From Reclinomonas americana ATCC 50394 (taxonomy: Eukaryota), in the NCBI GenBank assembly GCA_048213135.1, contig PS015254.1, positions 22,087 to 57,658 on the forward strand: a DNA stretch of 35,572 nt. The letters are read 5' to 3'. A program made the position numbers and the translations under genes. The number at the start of each line of letters is the position of its first letter. The stretch's first letter is position 1. Of this stretch, positions 1 to 11,630 are shown one piece after another. Under the pieces are notes generated by a model, which was not told the DNA's origin, searched no databases, and saw only the letters and a list, made by a program, of their open reading frames with translations.

Positions 1-2363
1 GCTCATGATCGTGGTGGCCGCCGCACGTGCAGTGAGGAACACGCGGTCGATGAATCAGCAATCCTGTAGGGTCTTCGAAGGTCATTCGACGGGCCTGCAC
101 ACGAGATAGGAGTTCGTCGGTACAACACAACAGAATCGACTCGGCTGAGTTGGGTACGCGGAGGCGAGCCAGTGAGAGCGAGGCACACACACACATAGAG
201 AGAGAGAGAGAGGAACAGAGATTGCTGGCGAAGCGCACGTGAACGAACCAGCTCTTCCGGCGTCAAGATGCCACCTGAGCAACGACTATGATGGTGAGAG
301 GGTAGTGGGACTGAGGCAGTGCAGCCAGCAACAACACACAGCAACAGACCTCCGGCGCTCTTATTCTGCTCTTCATGCTTCTTCGTCGCCGAGCCCGACG
401 CCTTCGTGTCCTGCTGCGCTTGCCCTGGGGGCTGTTGTTTCTGTCGCTTCGCTCGCCATTGTTGCGGACGGGTCTGTTGCTGAGGTTGCGGCTTCTGCTG
501 TTGCTGTGGCTGAGGCTGCTTCTGTTGTTGCTGCGCCTGCCCTTGTGGACGCTGTGGTTGCTGCTGCTGTTGCTGTGCCTGCCCCTGTGCCTGCTGCTGC
601 TGCTGCTGCTGCTGTTGTTGCACCTGCGCTTGTGGACGCTGCGGCGGCAGTTGCTGCTGCTGTTGCTGTTGCTGCGCTTGCCCTTCGGGACGCTGAGGCT
701 GCTGCTGCTGTTCGAGGTGGCGCGGTCGTCGCCGGCTTTTTCCGAGACGCACCAGGCGACCAGTACCGTGACCGGCCTTGTCCATACCCTCAAGCTCCGC
801 ATCCGTGTGCATGGCCAGACGGGCAGTGTTGAGCGCCTGCACTGTTTCGATGACTGATGGGTCGGAAACATCGGAGACCCGCTTCTGACGCTGAAATGTG
901 TCTTCCAACAGGGCCACGGCTTCCTTCACGTTGTCCACTCCGCCAGCCGCAACGAGAAGCTCGGCGAGAAGACGGGTAGCCGAGAATGATGTTGGGTGAT
1001 CGTTGCCAAACTTTCGACGACTCGACGCCACCATCTTCCGTCCGAGGTCGATGGCCTCGCCATGGGCGCCACTGCAGCTGAGGGCCTCGCAGAGGCGGGT
1101 TGCCGTTGCCGTTGCGTGCGAGGTGTCCGCGTCGACGTCTGGCAGCACGCGTTCCATCCGCTCCAACGTGTCGCGAAGCAGCGGAATCGCGTCGTCGAAC
1201 CGGTGCAGACTGGTCAGCACATTTCCCTTGAGGGCGGCGGTGACGAGGGTGTCGACTTCCTCGTCGCCCAGCAAGCGGCGCTGGCGAGTGAGCACATCAT
1301 CCACAGCTTCCAAGACACGTTCGAGATCGGATTCCTCCGTGTGGAACAGACAAAATGCGTGGTGGTACAGTGCAGATAAAGCCGACCTGCTGTCGGCACC
1401 GCCGGCGGCTTCCTTGAACTCGTCCGCGCATTCAAGAAGCACTGCAGCGGTGGCGGCAAAAGTGGCGGAGTCGACGTCGTCACCGTCGATGATTGCCATG
1501 GCCTCCGCGAGTTTGGCACCGGCGGCGACAAGATGCGAGACGACGCGGAACGCTTCGGCAGTTGCCTTCGTATCCTCGTGGTTGGCACCCAGCAGTCGCG
1601 TCTCGACCGCCAGCAGGTTGCGCAGGAGCGGGAGAGCCTCTTCTATTTTGGCTTCATCTCCAGTCTCGACGAGGCAGGTGGCAACCATGTGTGTGGTAGC
1701 GCGCGTGCGCTTATCGCCTTCGCCAAACACTCGCTTCTGAAGTTGCATAAGGTCGCGTGCAACAGCCGCGGCCTCCGCCAAGTGTTGCTCCTCGTCGAGT
1801 GTGTTGCTCAACCCCTCCAGCAAATGAAGCATCAGCTCGTCAGGCGCAGGCGGCCGCAGTCGCTGCACTCGCTGCCACGTGTCTCGCAGAATCACGATGG
1901 CCTCCTCGCCGCGCCCCAGCATACGGTTACAGAGGCCCATCTTGAGTGCCATAGTCAGCACTCCAAGGGAATCGCGGCCGTTCTGTTGCACACAGCGCGG
2001 ATACACATTCTCGAACGCTGCCAGCGCCCGCCGGTGCCGGTTGGCGTCGCGATCGTTCTCCAAGAGAGACTCTGCGTGCCACATGAGGCTGCTGATCGTC
2101 AATCCGTGGTCACTGCCGAGCAGTTCCTCGCATTCCTCCGCACACGCGGCAAACATGGTCGTCGCTCGCGCATAGTCGCCGCTGTTGAACACCCTGACGG
2201 CGGCCTCGAAGCTCTCGGTGCACGCGGCAAAATTCATAATGAACTGCATACCGCCGCCGCCGCCGCCGAAGCCGCCTCGCCCACGGCCGCGCCCTCGCCC
2301 TCGACCTCGACCTCGGCCTCGGCCTCGATTCCCGTGGTGTTGGTTGTGCCAGTTCGTGAACAT
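1..2363 (-). CDS. TPR-repeat protein (kinesin-light-chain-like TPR repeats) with N-terminal RG repeat and Gln-rich linker; 3' end uncertain or off-window
   Basis: Likely ATG at 2363 (MFTNWHNQ). (RG)n tract followed by many repeats of the LLGxDHxxTL type (LLGSDHGLTI, LLGANHEDTK, FGNDHPTSF). Poly-Q/P region at about 470-710. In-frame GT-AG intron at 349-275. The model downstream of about 240 is unresolved. Confidence 0.8.
470..710 (-). repeat. Coding CAG/CAA-rich low-complexity repeat (poly-Q with recurring PQRPQGQAQ units)
   Basis: tgc/tgt runs on the + strand; translation QQQQQPQRPEGQAQQQ...PQRPQAQ...PQRPQGQAQ. Confidence 0.9.
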
Positions 2364-2737
2364 ACTTGAAGGAGGTATGTCCGCGCGCGCGCGTGTGCGA
2401 CTTGATGTCCTCTTTACGTCATCCAGGTGAGAGACTCGAAGTTGATGGTCCACAGCGCAAGCCAGCAGTACGACTGCTGTACCAACGTACCCTGATAGAA
2501 GACCACGAAACGAGGCATGCGAAAAGAAGGGATTCGAAGCGACGTTTGTTGCTTTCTTCATTGCGTCAACAAGCCGGCGCCACTTGAAGGAATACATAAA
2601 GGGGCGAAACGAGAGAGTCTGTTGGGTAGTACGCTGAGAATCAACTGCATGCTGAGGCCATGGTCTAACACACAAAGAGTGACAAGTGGTGATGTGACAA
2701 GTGGTGGCTCCGCCTGTGCGATTCCTTATTCTTGTCG

Positions 2738-4529
2738 TCACTGCGATGCCGCAAAGGTGCGGAGCCCGTAGTTGTCACCAGTGTCCAGGCCTTCCACTGG
2801 CACTCGACACACGGGGCACTCGCTCCTCTTGGCCACCATGTGTTCCGCGCACTGCTTGCAGAGCACCTGGTGCGTGCACGGACGAAGCCGAGTGTCGCGC
2901 AGTCTGTCGCACATGATGCACGTCCGGCGGCAACACAGCACGCTGAGATCGCTCAGCTCCTCCACGAGCTGCTGCGCGGTCGGTCGTTGCGCAACACGGC
3001 CGTCCACACATCTGCAGAAATAGTGAATCACCCAGTCTCTCTGCTTTCCCGAACTCGCCCCCACTCACCGCAGCGCGAGTCGCATAATGCGCTCACACGC
3101 AGCAGCGGGCCAGCGACGACCGATTCGCTCATCAGCCAGCGCCACAGCGGCAGCCAGTAGTGCACCGTCGCCGTCGCCTGCACTCTCTTCCAGTTCCTTG
3201 AGTGCCTCCACTCGCCGATGCACCTCATCAATCGGCAGGCCACTGAACACTTGGAAGATGACAAGGCCGAGAGAGAAAATGTCCGCACACGTTTGCAGCT
3301 GGTTGCGCTTGACCGCAGTGTCTGCATACTGCAGATCACCGGCAACGGTGGGAGAAGACGCCGCCTTGTCCGAGACGACTGTAATTGAGTGGCCACGCAA
3401 ACACAACACGCCAACACAAAACATGCATGTCGCACACACACCTCGTCCCGTCCGCGGAACCAATGCGCCACTCCCAGATCCGAGATGTGTGCAGACCCGC
3501 TCTGATTGAACAGAATGTTCTGTGGCCGCAGATTGCCGTGGATCACTGCGAGGAGAAATCATGAGAATAGCACTTCGTGGTATGCCAAAAACAAAACGAA
3601 GTACCACATCGCACCATTCTGCACGCAACACCATACACGTCAGCAACGAATGAGTGAATCGACTGTGAGAAGATCAATGACACAAAAGGACTCACGTTCC
3701 TGAAAGGTGGGGCGAGTCAGTCACATTGGTCAACAGGAATCGAACTGGATTCACGACACGCAACTTGTGCAGCGCAGCCACGGCCTCGGCACACTGTAGC
3801 AAGCACATGATGCGAGCTTCCACGGACATTACCGGCAGTCCATGCTGCTCCCACTGCAGCAGTCGGTGTTCGAGGTTGTGTTCACTGTACACAACAGCGG
3901 GCAATTAATCATTTCAGAATGGTCAACTTAAGTACTCGAGCCCGTTCAGCCTCACCTCATCGCCTCCACCACCACACAACGCTTGCCGTCGGCCGATTCG
4001 GAAAAGCCGACAACAGGAACAACACCAGTGACGCTCAAGGCCTTCAACCTCGCCACCTGTGACATGCACGAAATGAGGGACTCGTGCTTCTTCCTCTCTC
4101 TCTTTGGTAAAAGCAAACCTCACTGGCGAACGACTCAATGCACCACGGCAGCGCACTGTCAAAGACTTGGATTGCCACACTCTCCCCCGCCCAGCTTCCT
4201 CGGAACATGCGCACCCNNNNNNNNNNNNNNNNNNNNNNNNNNNNNNNNNNNNNNNNNNNNNNNNNNNNNNNNNNNNNNNNNNNNNNNNNNNNNNNNNNNN
4301 NNNNNNNNNNNNNNNNNNNNNNNNNNNNNNNNNNNNNNNNNNNNNNNNNNNNNNNNNNNNNNNNNNNNNNNNNNNNNNNNNNNNNNNNNNNNNNNNNNNN
4401 NNNNNNNNNNNNNNNNNNNNNNNNNNNNNNNNNNNNNNNNNNNNNNNNNNNNNNNNNNNNNNNNNNNNNNNNNNNNNNNNNNNNNNNNNNNNNNNNNNNC
4501 GGTACGGTACGGTAACGTAACGTACGTCG

Positions 4530-4582
<53 letters not shown>

Positions 4583-7013
4583 AAATCTCCAACAAACCGA
4601 ACTGGCTGACATCGCGCTGCACCGCAGCAAGATCGGCCTCCAGCTGCTCCGCTCGCTCTTGATCGCGACGTCGCACCTCATTCACGCGATCCAACGCCTC
4701 CCGCATCGCAGCGCATGCATCCTCGGAGCGGTGTGCTTCGGCTGCGGCTGCTACTGACGCTGCCTCTGCGTCTCGCTGCAATTCATTCCTCAGGCGGCGA
4801 GCCTCTTCCAGCTCGCGCTGCGCCTGCTCCAGTCGCTGTCGAGCAAGCCCGGCTGCGACCTCTTGCTGCTGCGCTCGCGCCTGCCACTCGTCGGTGCGTT
4901 GTCGTTCAGCCGCCACCTGCTCTCCACCCGCCGACGCCGCCGCAGACGCAGTCGCCGGAGCAGTTGACTGCAGACAACAATGAGTTGACTGCGTGGTACA
5001 CGTCTGTGTGTAACAACAGGCCGGGACGAAACTTTCACAGTGGAGGGCCCCCCTGCGCGCAGAAAGACATGATGAGAAAGATCGAGAAAGGACTGATTGG
5101 TTCTGCACCGAAGCTGTGGGACACTGGCATTGACTCACCCTGGCTCCCCGCTGGCTGCGCGCGCGGTGGCGCACCCTTCTTCGTCGTCTGCTTCGCCTTT
5201 TGCTCGCGACGCGCGGTCGCCAGCAGCGAGGAAGCTCGATCGAGCAGTATCTTGGTGTCGCGCGAGTTGTCGTGGTTTCCTCCCAGAACCTGCGTCTGCA
5301 TCCTGTGCGTGTCGCGGAGAAGAGCAACCGCCTCCTCCAGGTTCTCCACACCGCCACCCCGCATGAGCAGGATGGCTGTGTCACGCGAGTTGATCCAACA
5401 CATGGGAATGAATCTCCCGGCAAGAACACATCGTCGCCATCGAGGCCCCGAATCCCGAGCGACACGCAGCGCGTCATCCATCCGGCCGAGGTCTTGGTAG
5501 ACGTAGGTAAGGTAATCCATTGTGATGCACAGGGTCTCGTCATCCGCTGCCAGCACTCGCTGCTGGCGCTCCAGGGTGTCAAGCAGTAGCACAAGTGCCT
5601 CATCGCAACGGCCCAGCTGAATAAGCGATAGGCCGAGGTGCGAAGCCGTCATCAACGTATCGCGGTGGTCTGCTCCAAGCAGACGACGCCTACGATTGAG
5701 CGTGTCTTGGAAGAGCGGTAGAGCGCTTTGGTGGTCACTGAGGCTAACGTAGGCACCGCCGAGCTGGAAGGCTACCGCGAGGGTGTCCTGGTGGTCGGCA
5801 CCGAGGAGTTCCGTCAAGTCGCGCACGCACTCGCGGCCAATGGCTGCGGCGACGCCATTGTTGGCAACTATCTTCTGATTCGTCATCTCTGCTACGCGGT
5901 CGTATACGGCAGCAAGCCTATCCGCCTTCGCATCGGCAGCAGACGAGTATCCCTGCCAATTATCGACGTTACAGAAATGATATGAGCTGGGCGAATCGCT
6001 CGTAGCAGGCACGAAACTGCTGGTCCAGATCCAGAAGCAGATGCAGAAGGGCCGTCATCTTCGTCTGAACTGTCCTCTTCTGCAGCTGCACGGAGTGAGA
6101 AGGTGAGTCACACAGGAAAGAGAGAGAGGGAGCTGTAACAAGTACCTGCAGCTGCAGCTGTCGCTTTCTTATTCTTCCTATTTCTACGCCTGTTGCGCTT
6201 CTTGGGCTTCTCCGCAGCAGAGGGCTGGCCCGGCGCACGAGGCCCTGCCGCTGGCGCCGCAGCAGTTGCTGCAGGCCTCGGTGCTGGCTGCCGCGCCTGC
6301 TCCCGCATCATCTCCTTCAGCACCCTGGCACCGCACTCGGCTCGATGATCGATCTCACGCGTGCGCGGATGCTGCGCGCCCAGCACATCCCGCGAGAGCA
6401 CGTACGTCTCTTGAAAGAGCTCCACGCTCTCCTTCATCGCCTCCACAGTGCCGACACTGGCGAGATACACGGCCAAGTTGAACGCGCTGGTCACGGTACC
6501 CTCGGGGTTCTTGACACTCGAGCGCTTGCGTCGAGCCAGCACCTCGCGCGCCAGCTCAATCGCCTCAGCCAAGTGCGCCTTGTCGTCGTTGCGATCCGTG
6601 AGAACAAGGCCGAGGCCGCCCATGGCAGCCAGCAAGTTCGAATCGTCCTCCGGAACCACGCGCTTCAGCACCTCCAGTGTCTCGCGCAACAGCGCCTCGG
6701 CCTCGTCGTAGCGCCCCAGCTGACGCAGCGCCTCGGCCATCATTGACGACGCCTGCAGCGTGACTTCGTTCTCTCCGCCGAGCACGCGACGGAGGCGCGG
6801 CAGCAGCCCCTCATACAAGGTTACTGCTCTCTTTTGTTCGCCCTGGGAGACAAGGAGCTGCGCCTGCACCGACTCCACGTTGAGTGTGAGTGGATGATCC
6901 GCGCCAAGTGTTCGTGAGGCCTCGCGCAGTGTGTCGGCGAGCAGGCTCATGTCGCCCAGGGAGGCCATCAGCACGGCCTCCTGGAAGAGGGCCTGCACAC
7001 GGGCAACATTCAT
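2738..7013 (-). CDS. Multi-exon protein: TPR block, acidic linker, second TPR block, coiled coil, protein-kinase-like domain (probable pseudokinase), C-terminal RING-HC
   Basis: ATG at 7013 (MNVARVQ). Phase-compatible introns join ORF 6108-7013 to ORF 5035-5953 (ATAAAA/AEEDSSDEDD...GPA/GYSSAADAK). Coiled coil at about 4600-4970. Kinase exons: GSWAGESVAIQVF, LLQCAEAVAALH, IHGNLRPQNIL..ISDLG, ADIFSLG, RPTAQQLVEEL. RING: CIMC..PCTHQVLCKQC..CPVCR. Stop at 2738-2740. Continuity across the gap 4217-4499 is assumed. Confidence 0.8.
4534..4580. repeat. (CT)n microsatellite, intronic, next to an assembly gap
   Basis: Uninterrupted ct dinucleotide run. Confidence 0.95.
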
Positions 7014-7092
7014 TCTTCGCAAGGAGAGCGTGTGTGTGTTTGCGTGTGTAAGGGTGACAATGTAGATGACGANNNNNNNNNNNNNNNNNNNN

Positions 7093-8256
7093 GCGCGACT
7101 TGATCTTGACCTTGTGCATCGGCGAACTGTTCCCACGCGAGGGTGAGATCGCGAGCGGGAACGGGGCAAATAAAAAGAGATGAGGAGAGGCTGGACGCAA
7201 CTCGCGCGACGCGGAGACCGTCGAGGCGACGGCGTCGGCCTTGGTGAGGAAGAACGGCGCACGCTCCATCACATTCTCGGCCACAAACGTCAGGTACGAG
7301 TCGAGGTTGGTAAAGTACGTGGACGAAAAATCGGCCAGGATGCTGAGAGCACCGGCAACGTCGTGCGCAGCGGCCGTGTTCTCCGCCGCCAGGCAGCAGC
7401 GCAGCAGCACCAGGCTCTGGTTGGCGGCCAGCAGAAGCGTCTGGAAATTCGGTCCGTAACGCACACGCGTCTCCTCCAGTGGCCTGCGAACCAACTCCAT
7501 CAGGCACACACACTTTCACACACATCTTACGGGTTGCCGCACCCTTGCTCGTCATTAATGGTCTTGACAAAATCGAGCAGCACCTGCGGCACACCGCCGA
7601 GCGCCGTCAGAATCCACTTGTAGAGGCCGCTGGCATTGCCGAGCGCCACCAGCTCTGCACGGCGCCGCATCTGCTGATCCCACAGGAGATTGTATCGCGC
7701 GGCGACCGACGGATCGCGCGCCACCAACTCCGCCACCTCCTCGCGCATGCGCTTCTCCTTCTTCTCGCGCCGGCTCTTCACCATGTTCATACGCCAGTCG
7801 TTCGGCACCATCTTCGACACTGCAGCATCGTCGATCAGTTTGCCAAGCGCGACACGATAAGTGTGCGCATGTGTGGAAATCACCCTCAGTCTCCACACGA
7901 CGAACAGTCCACGCCTGATGCGCCTGCACGCGCTCCAGTGACACTTTCCACGTCGTCTGCAGGTGATCCAGTGCCTGTCGCACTTGCGCCTCCTCCAGCG
8001 ACCCGCCACTGCTGTGTGACTGAGAAACCGAACACACAAGGCGGGAATGGAAATGAGCTTTTTCCTCGCCTCCAAGGAGAAGAATAAGGAGGAGGAGAGA
8101 CACACACCATCAGCAGTGCCGCGTTGGACTCCGCAGCGGCCTCCATAATCTCCTCACACTGCTCGCGAATGCGAAAGAGGTTCTCGTCAATGCGTTTCGG
8201 TGCCTCGCGCGTCCATTGAGTCACAATGCGTGCCAGCGCTGCATGCACAAGACACA
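7093..8256 (-). CDS. 5' exons of the GOLD-domain gene, lying on an inverted segment
   Basis: Five spliceable exons: ALARIVTQW...ALLM / SHSSGG...VETE / VSKMVPNDW...CGNP / PLEETRV...ASR / DSPMHKVKIKSR. The last ends on a full codon at the gap and reads on into EVLEVPL at 8802 (+) if the segment is flipped. Confidence 0.7.
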
Positions 8257-8801
8257 NNNNNNNNNNNNNNNNNNNNNNNNNNNNNNNNNNNNNNNNNNNN
8301 NNNNNNNNNNNNNNNNNNNNNNNNNNNNNNNNNNNNNNNNNNNNNNNNNNNNNNNNNNNNNNNNNNNNNNNNNNNNNNNNNNNNNNNNNNNNNNNNNNNN
8401 NNNNNNNNNNNNNNNNNNNNNNNNNNNNNNNNNNNNNNNNNNNNNNNNNNNNNNNNNNNNNNNNNNNNNNNNNNNNNNNNNNNNNNNNNNNNNNNNNNNN
8501 NNNNNNNNNNNNNNNNNNNNNNNNNNNNNNNNNNNNNNNNNNNNNNNNNNNNNNNNNNNNNNNNNNNNNNNNNNNNNNNNNNNNNNNNNNNNNNNNNNNN
8601 NNNNNNNNNNNNNNNNNNNNNNNNNNNNNNNNNNNNNNNNNNNNNNNNNNNNNNNNNNNNNNNNNNNNNNNNNNNNNNNNNNNNNNNNNNNNNNNNNNNN
8701 NNNNNNNNNNNNNNNNNNNNNNNNNNNNNNNNNNNNNNNNNNNNNNNNNNNNNNNNNNNNNNNNNNNNNNNNNNNNNNNNNNNNNNNNNNNNNNNNNNNN
8801 N

Positions 8802-9527
8802 GAGGTGCTGGAGGTGCCTCTCACCACTGTCTCGACGAATGCCGAGCTGGTGTACGAGTTTGCCACCAAGGGCAACGACATTGCGTTCGCGATTCGGCAG
8901 TACACGGAGGAGACTGTGGTTGCGTGACTGTGTTTTTTTCTCACGGGTGCATGGGTTTGGTTCGCTGTGCACTCACACACACAGCTCGCCAGTTTACGGA
9001 GCTGCTGCCGAATCAGCGATACGATTCGCACAAGACGAACATCATGGTGCGTGGAGGGGAAGGAGGGAAGGAGAGAAGAGAGAGAAAGACATAAGGGCAG
9101 GGACAGAAAGAGAGAGAAAAGAGGGAGAGAGAGAGAAAGAAAGAATGAAAGGAAGGAAGAAGAAAGAAAGAAAGAAAGAAGTGTGTGTACGTGTGTGTGA
9201 GAGAGAGGGAGCGAGATGCAGAGACAGCTGTCGCGTGCCTCAAGCTCCACTCATGCAGGACACGATTGTGTTGCCCGACGCCGGTCGCTACACGGTGGTG
9301 TTTGACAACTCGTTCTCACGGTGGACGTCGAAGACGGTGTGCACACAAGCGAACAAGTTGACGACTGTGTGCTGGTGATTGACACCTCTCGTTTGCCGAT
9401 GCAGGTGACGTACCGACTCGTGCTGGTGGACACGGACGCGGGCATCGAGTCGGTCAACGCGGGCGGTGATGACGATGAGGACGACGATGACGAGACAGGT
9501 GGCAGCGCCAGCGGCAGCGGTGTGTAA
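8802..9527 (+). CDS. C-terminal GOLD domain with acidic tail (4 exons)
   Basis: Spliced product EVLEVPLTTVSTNAELVYEFATKGNDIAFAI...FTELLPNQRYDSHKTNIM/DTIVLPDAGRYTVVFDNSFSRWTSKT/VTYRLVLV matches the GOLD pattern (EF.T...DI.F; G.Y...FDNS.S...SK.V.Y). TAA at 9525-9527. Confidence 0.85.
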
Positions 9528-9650
9528 TCTCACACTGGCAGACAAAGAAGGCGTTCTTCACACCCCGCGGCGGTGCACCTCGTAAGAATGAAACACAATG
9601 GGCGCTCGCTTTTTTCTTTTAGAGTAGTTCTTGATTTTACTGCAAACACA

Positions 9651-11200
9651 TCAGAAACCTGCACAGAGCGCGATGGCAAACGAGTGAGCACGAGAGGAAG
9701 CAGCGAGCACAAGAGGCACATGTGGAGGGGTGGGAAAAACTCACCGTGGACCTTGACGCATTCCTTCGGCACAATCTCCTCGGCGACCAGGAACTCAGAA
9801 ATGAGCTTACGCTGATCACCAGAGAGCTTCAGCACCTTGCCGTGTTCTGTGTCCTCATCGATGCTGCCGTTGCAGGCAAACACCTTCTTGAAGTACTGCA
9901 GCACTCGCTTCACATTCAGCCTGTGCGCACACGGGTGATTGTCAGAAAGTGAAACAGAGACAGAGAAAAGGGGCCACGCGCACTCGCGCTCAACTTGGGT
10001 GGGAGGCCAGAGACGGTCTGTGATCACGAGTGCAGCAGTGAGTCTCATCATCATCGTCATCATAATCGTGAGTTGGGGCTGAGTAACGCAACTGTGATGC
10101 TCTTGCGTCCATTACGTTGCTGGATGCGAATGTCTGCGCACGAGTTTCAGCACACGCTCTCTCACTCATCCACACATACAGGAGAAGCCACGCAACGGAC
10201 GATGTTCTTCGGCTCCAACTCCGGCTCGTCTTCATCGAGGCCCTTAAATGGATCTGCGCGCACGAACAAAACAGCCGTGAGCGCAATGCCCACACACACA
10301 GCAACGACGACGACGAGGCAAGAGAGGAGGAGAGGCAAGAGAGGAGAATCCACACACAGAATGATCAAACTGACGCAGAAAAAAGGAGCCAAGTGAACAT
10401 GGATGTGATGTGCTTGCGTCACACAATCTCTACTCCCTCTCTCTCTCGCTCATTCGCGCAAGACAGACGACGATGAGTGAACGCAAGAAGAAGAAAGCAC
10501 AAGCGCGTCAGTTGCGCATCAGCACAACTCCCACACACAGGCAGCACAAGAGACACAAGAGAGAGAGAACGCACTCATGACAGGAATGTTGCTCATCTGG
10601 AAACAGGCAGAGTGTGCGTGTGTGCGTGTGCGTGCGTGTAATGAAAAGACCAGTGTCGTCGCCCATTATAGTGACAAGCAGCACGCACACGCACAACACA
10701 GGCTCATGATGATTCTCACACGAGGAAGAACTCACCACCAACCAACATCTTCTGCTTCTTCTTCTTCTGCTGCTGCTCTCTCTCTGACACGCTCAGTGTG
10801 GTAGTCGACAGTGTGACGGGTGTGTCTTCGCTCACAAACAACAACAACAACAATAACAGCGACGAGAAAGACGGAAGGGAATCGGTCGGGTTTCTCGACT
10901 CATGAACAATCAGATTGATCGATGACGATCATGTCGCTCACTCATGCGTTCTCTCTCTCTGTGCGTGTGTGCGCGTGTATGTGTCTCATAGAACATGAGC
11001 ATCTCTTGCTTGAATGTGTGCATGTGTGTGTGTGTGTGTGTGGAGTACCAAAAGTGTACATGCCCACTTTCAGCACATGCCCCGACTCATTTTCAACATT
11101 TTTTTCGCAACGTGCACGCAGACGCGCGTGCGCTCTCTCTTGCTCATTGCCCTAACAGCACCACGACGAGATGCTCACCTGAAGCCGCCAGCGTCGCCAT
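9651..11200 (-). CDS. SUI1: Translation initiation factor eIF1/SUI1
   Basis: Spliced core DPFKGLDEDEPELEPKNIVHIRIQQRNGRKSITTVSGLPPKLNVKRVLQYFKKVFACNG...LSGDQRK...KVHGF*. Exons 10253-10197, 10133-10093, about 10011-9995, 9920-9745 and 9658-9651. Most likely first exon is 11200-11179 (MATLAAS, phase 1); the 5' structure is ambiguous. Confidence 0.95.
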
Positions 11201-11630
11201 GGTGATGATTGATTGATTACGAATGGACATTCCGTTGCGCGCGAGCACTGTCGGCCAATGTCCTCCCGCGCTGGCTGGCTGTTATGATCCGCTGCCTGCT
11301 CCCTTTTGCACACTGTGCTCCACTGCCACCAGCTGCTGCTGTTCCCCTCGTCGGCGACGCGACTTGAGCAGTGCTATTATTTGCGTTTTTTGAGCTCAAT
11401 TCCGCCATTTCGCTGGAGCGACGGACGGCGCCGTTTTGATTTCATGTTCGGTTCCGAGTCGCGCGCGCGATTATTTTGGCGCCAACTTGCTCTCGAACAA
11501 CGCAACTTTGTTTTTGTCGACTTGTTGTGGAGCGCTCGTCACTTGCTTCACCACCACCCAACACACAAACACATACACACACTCTCTCTCTCTACCACTT
11601 CTCCCGTGTTATCTCTTTCCCCCACAAATC

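Noticed and set aside
239..857. Plus-strand Ala/Val-rich and Leu-rich ORFs
   Set aside because: Antisense shadows of the poly-Q coding repeat.
2364..2741. Open frame running upstream of the first TPR gene to the RING gene stop (912-aa ORF call)
   Set aside because: It begins at GTG, the translation is not protein-like, and there is no convincing splice route to a fusion. Treated as a chance open intergenic frame.
4500..4530. Short GGTAC/GTAAC tandem units beside a gap
   Set aside because: Too short and degenerate to call telomeric or mobile; intronic low-complexity sequence.
10509..10530. 8-bp hairpin with nearby CTGA in the eIF1 intron (possible snoRNA)
   Set aside because: No clear box C/D pair or guide region; insufficient support.
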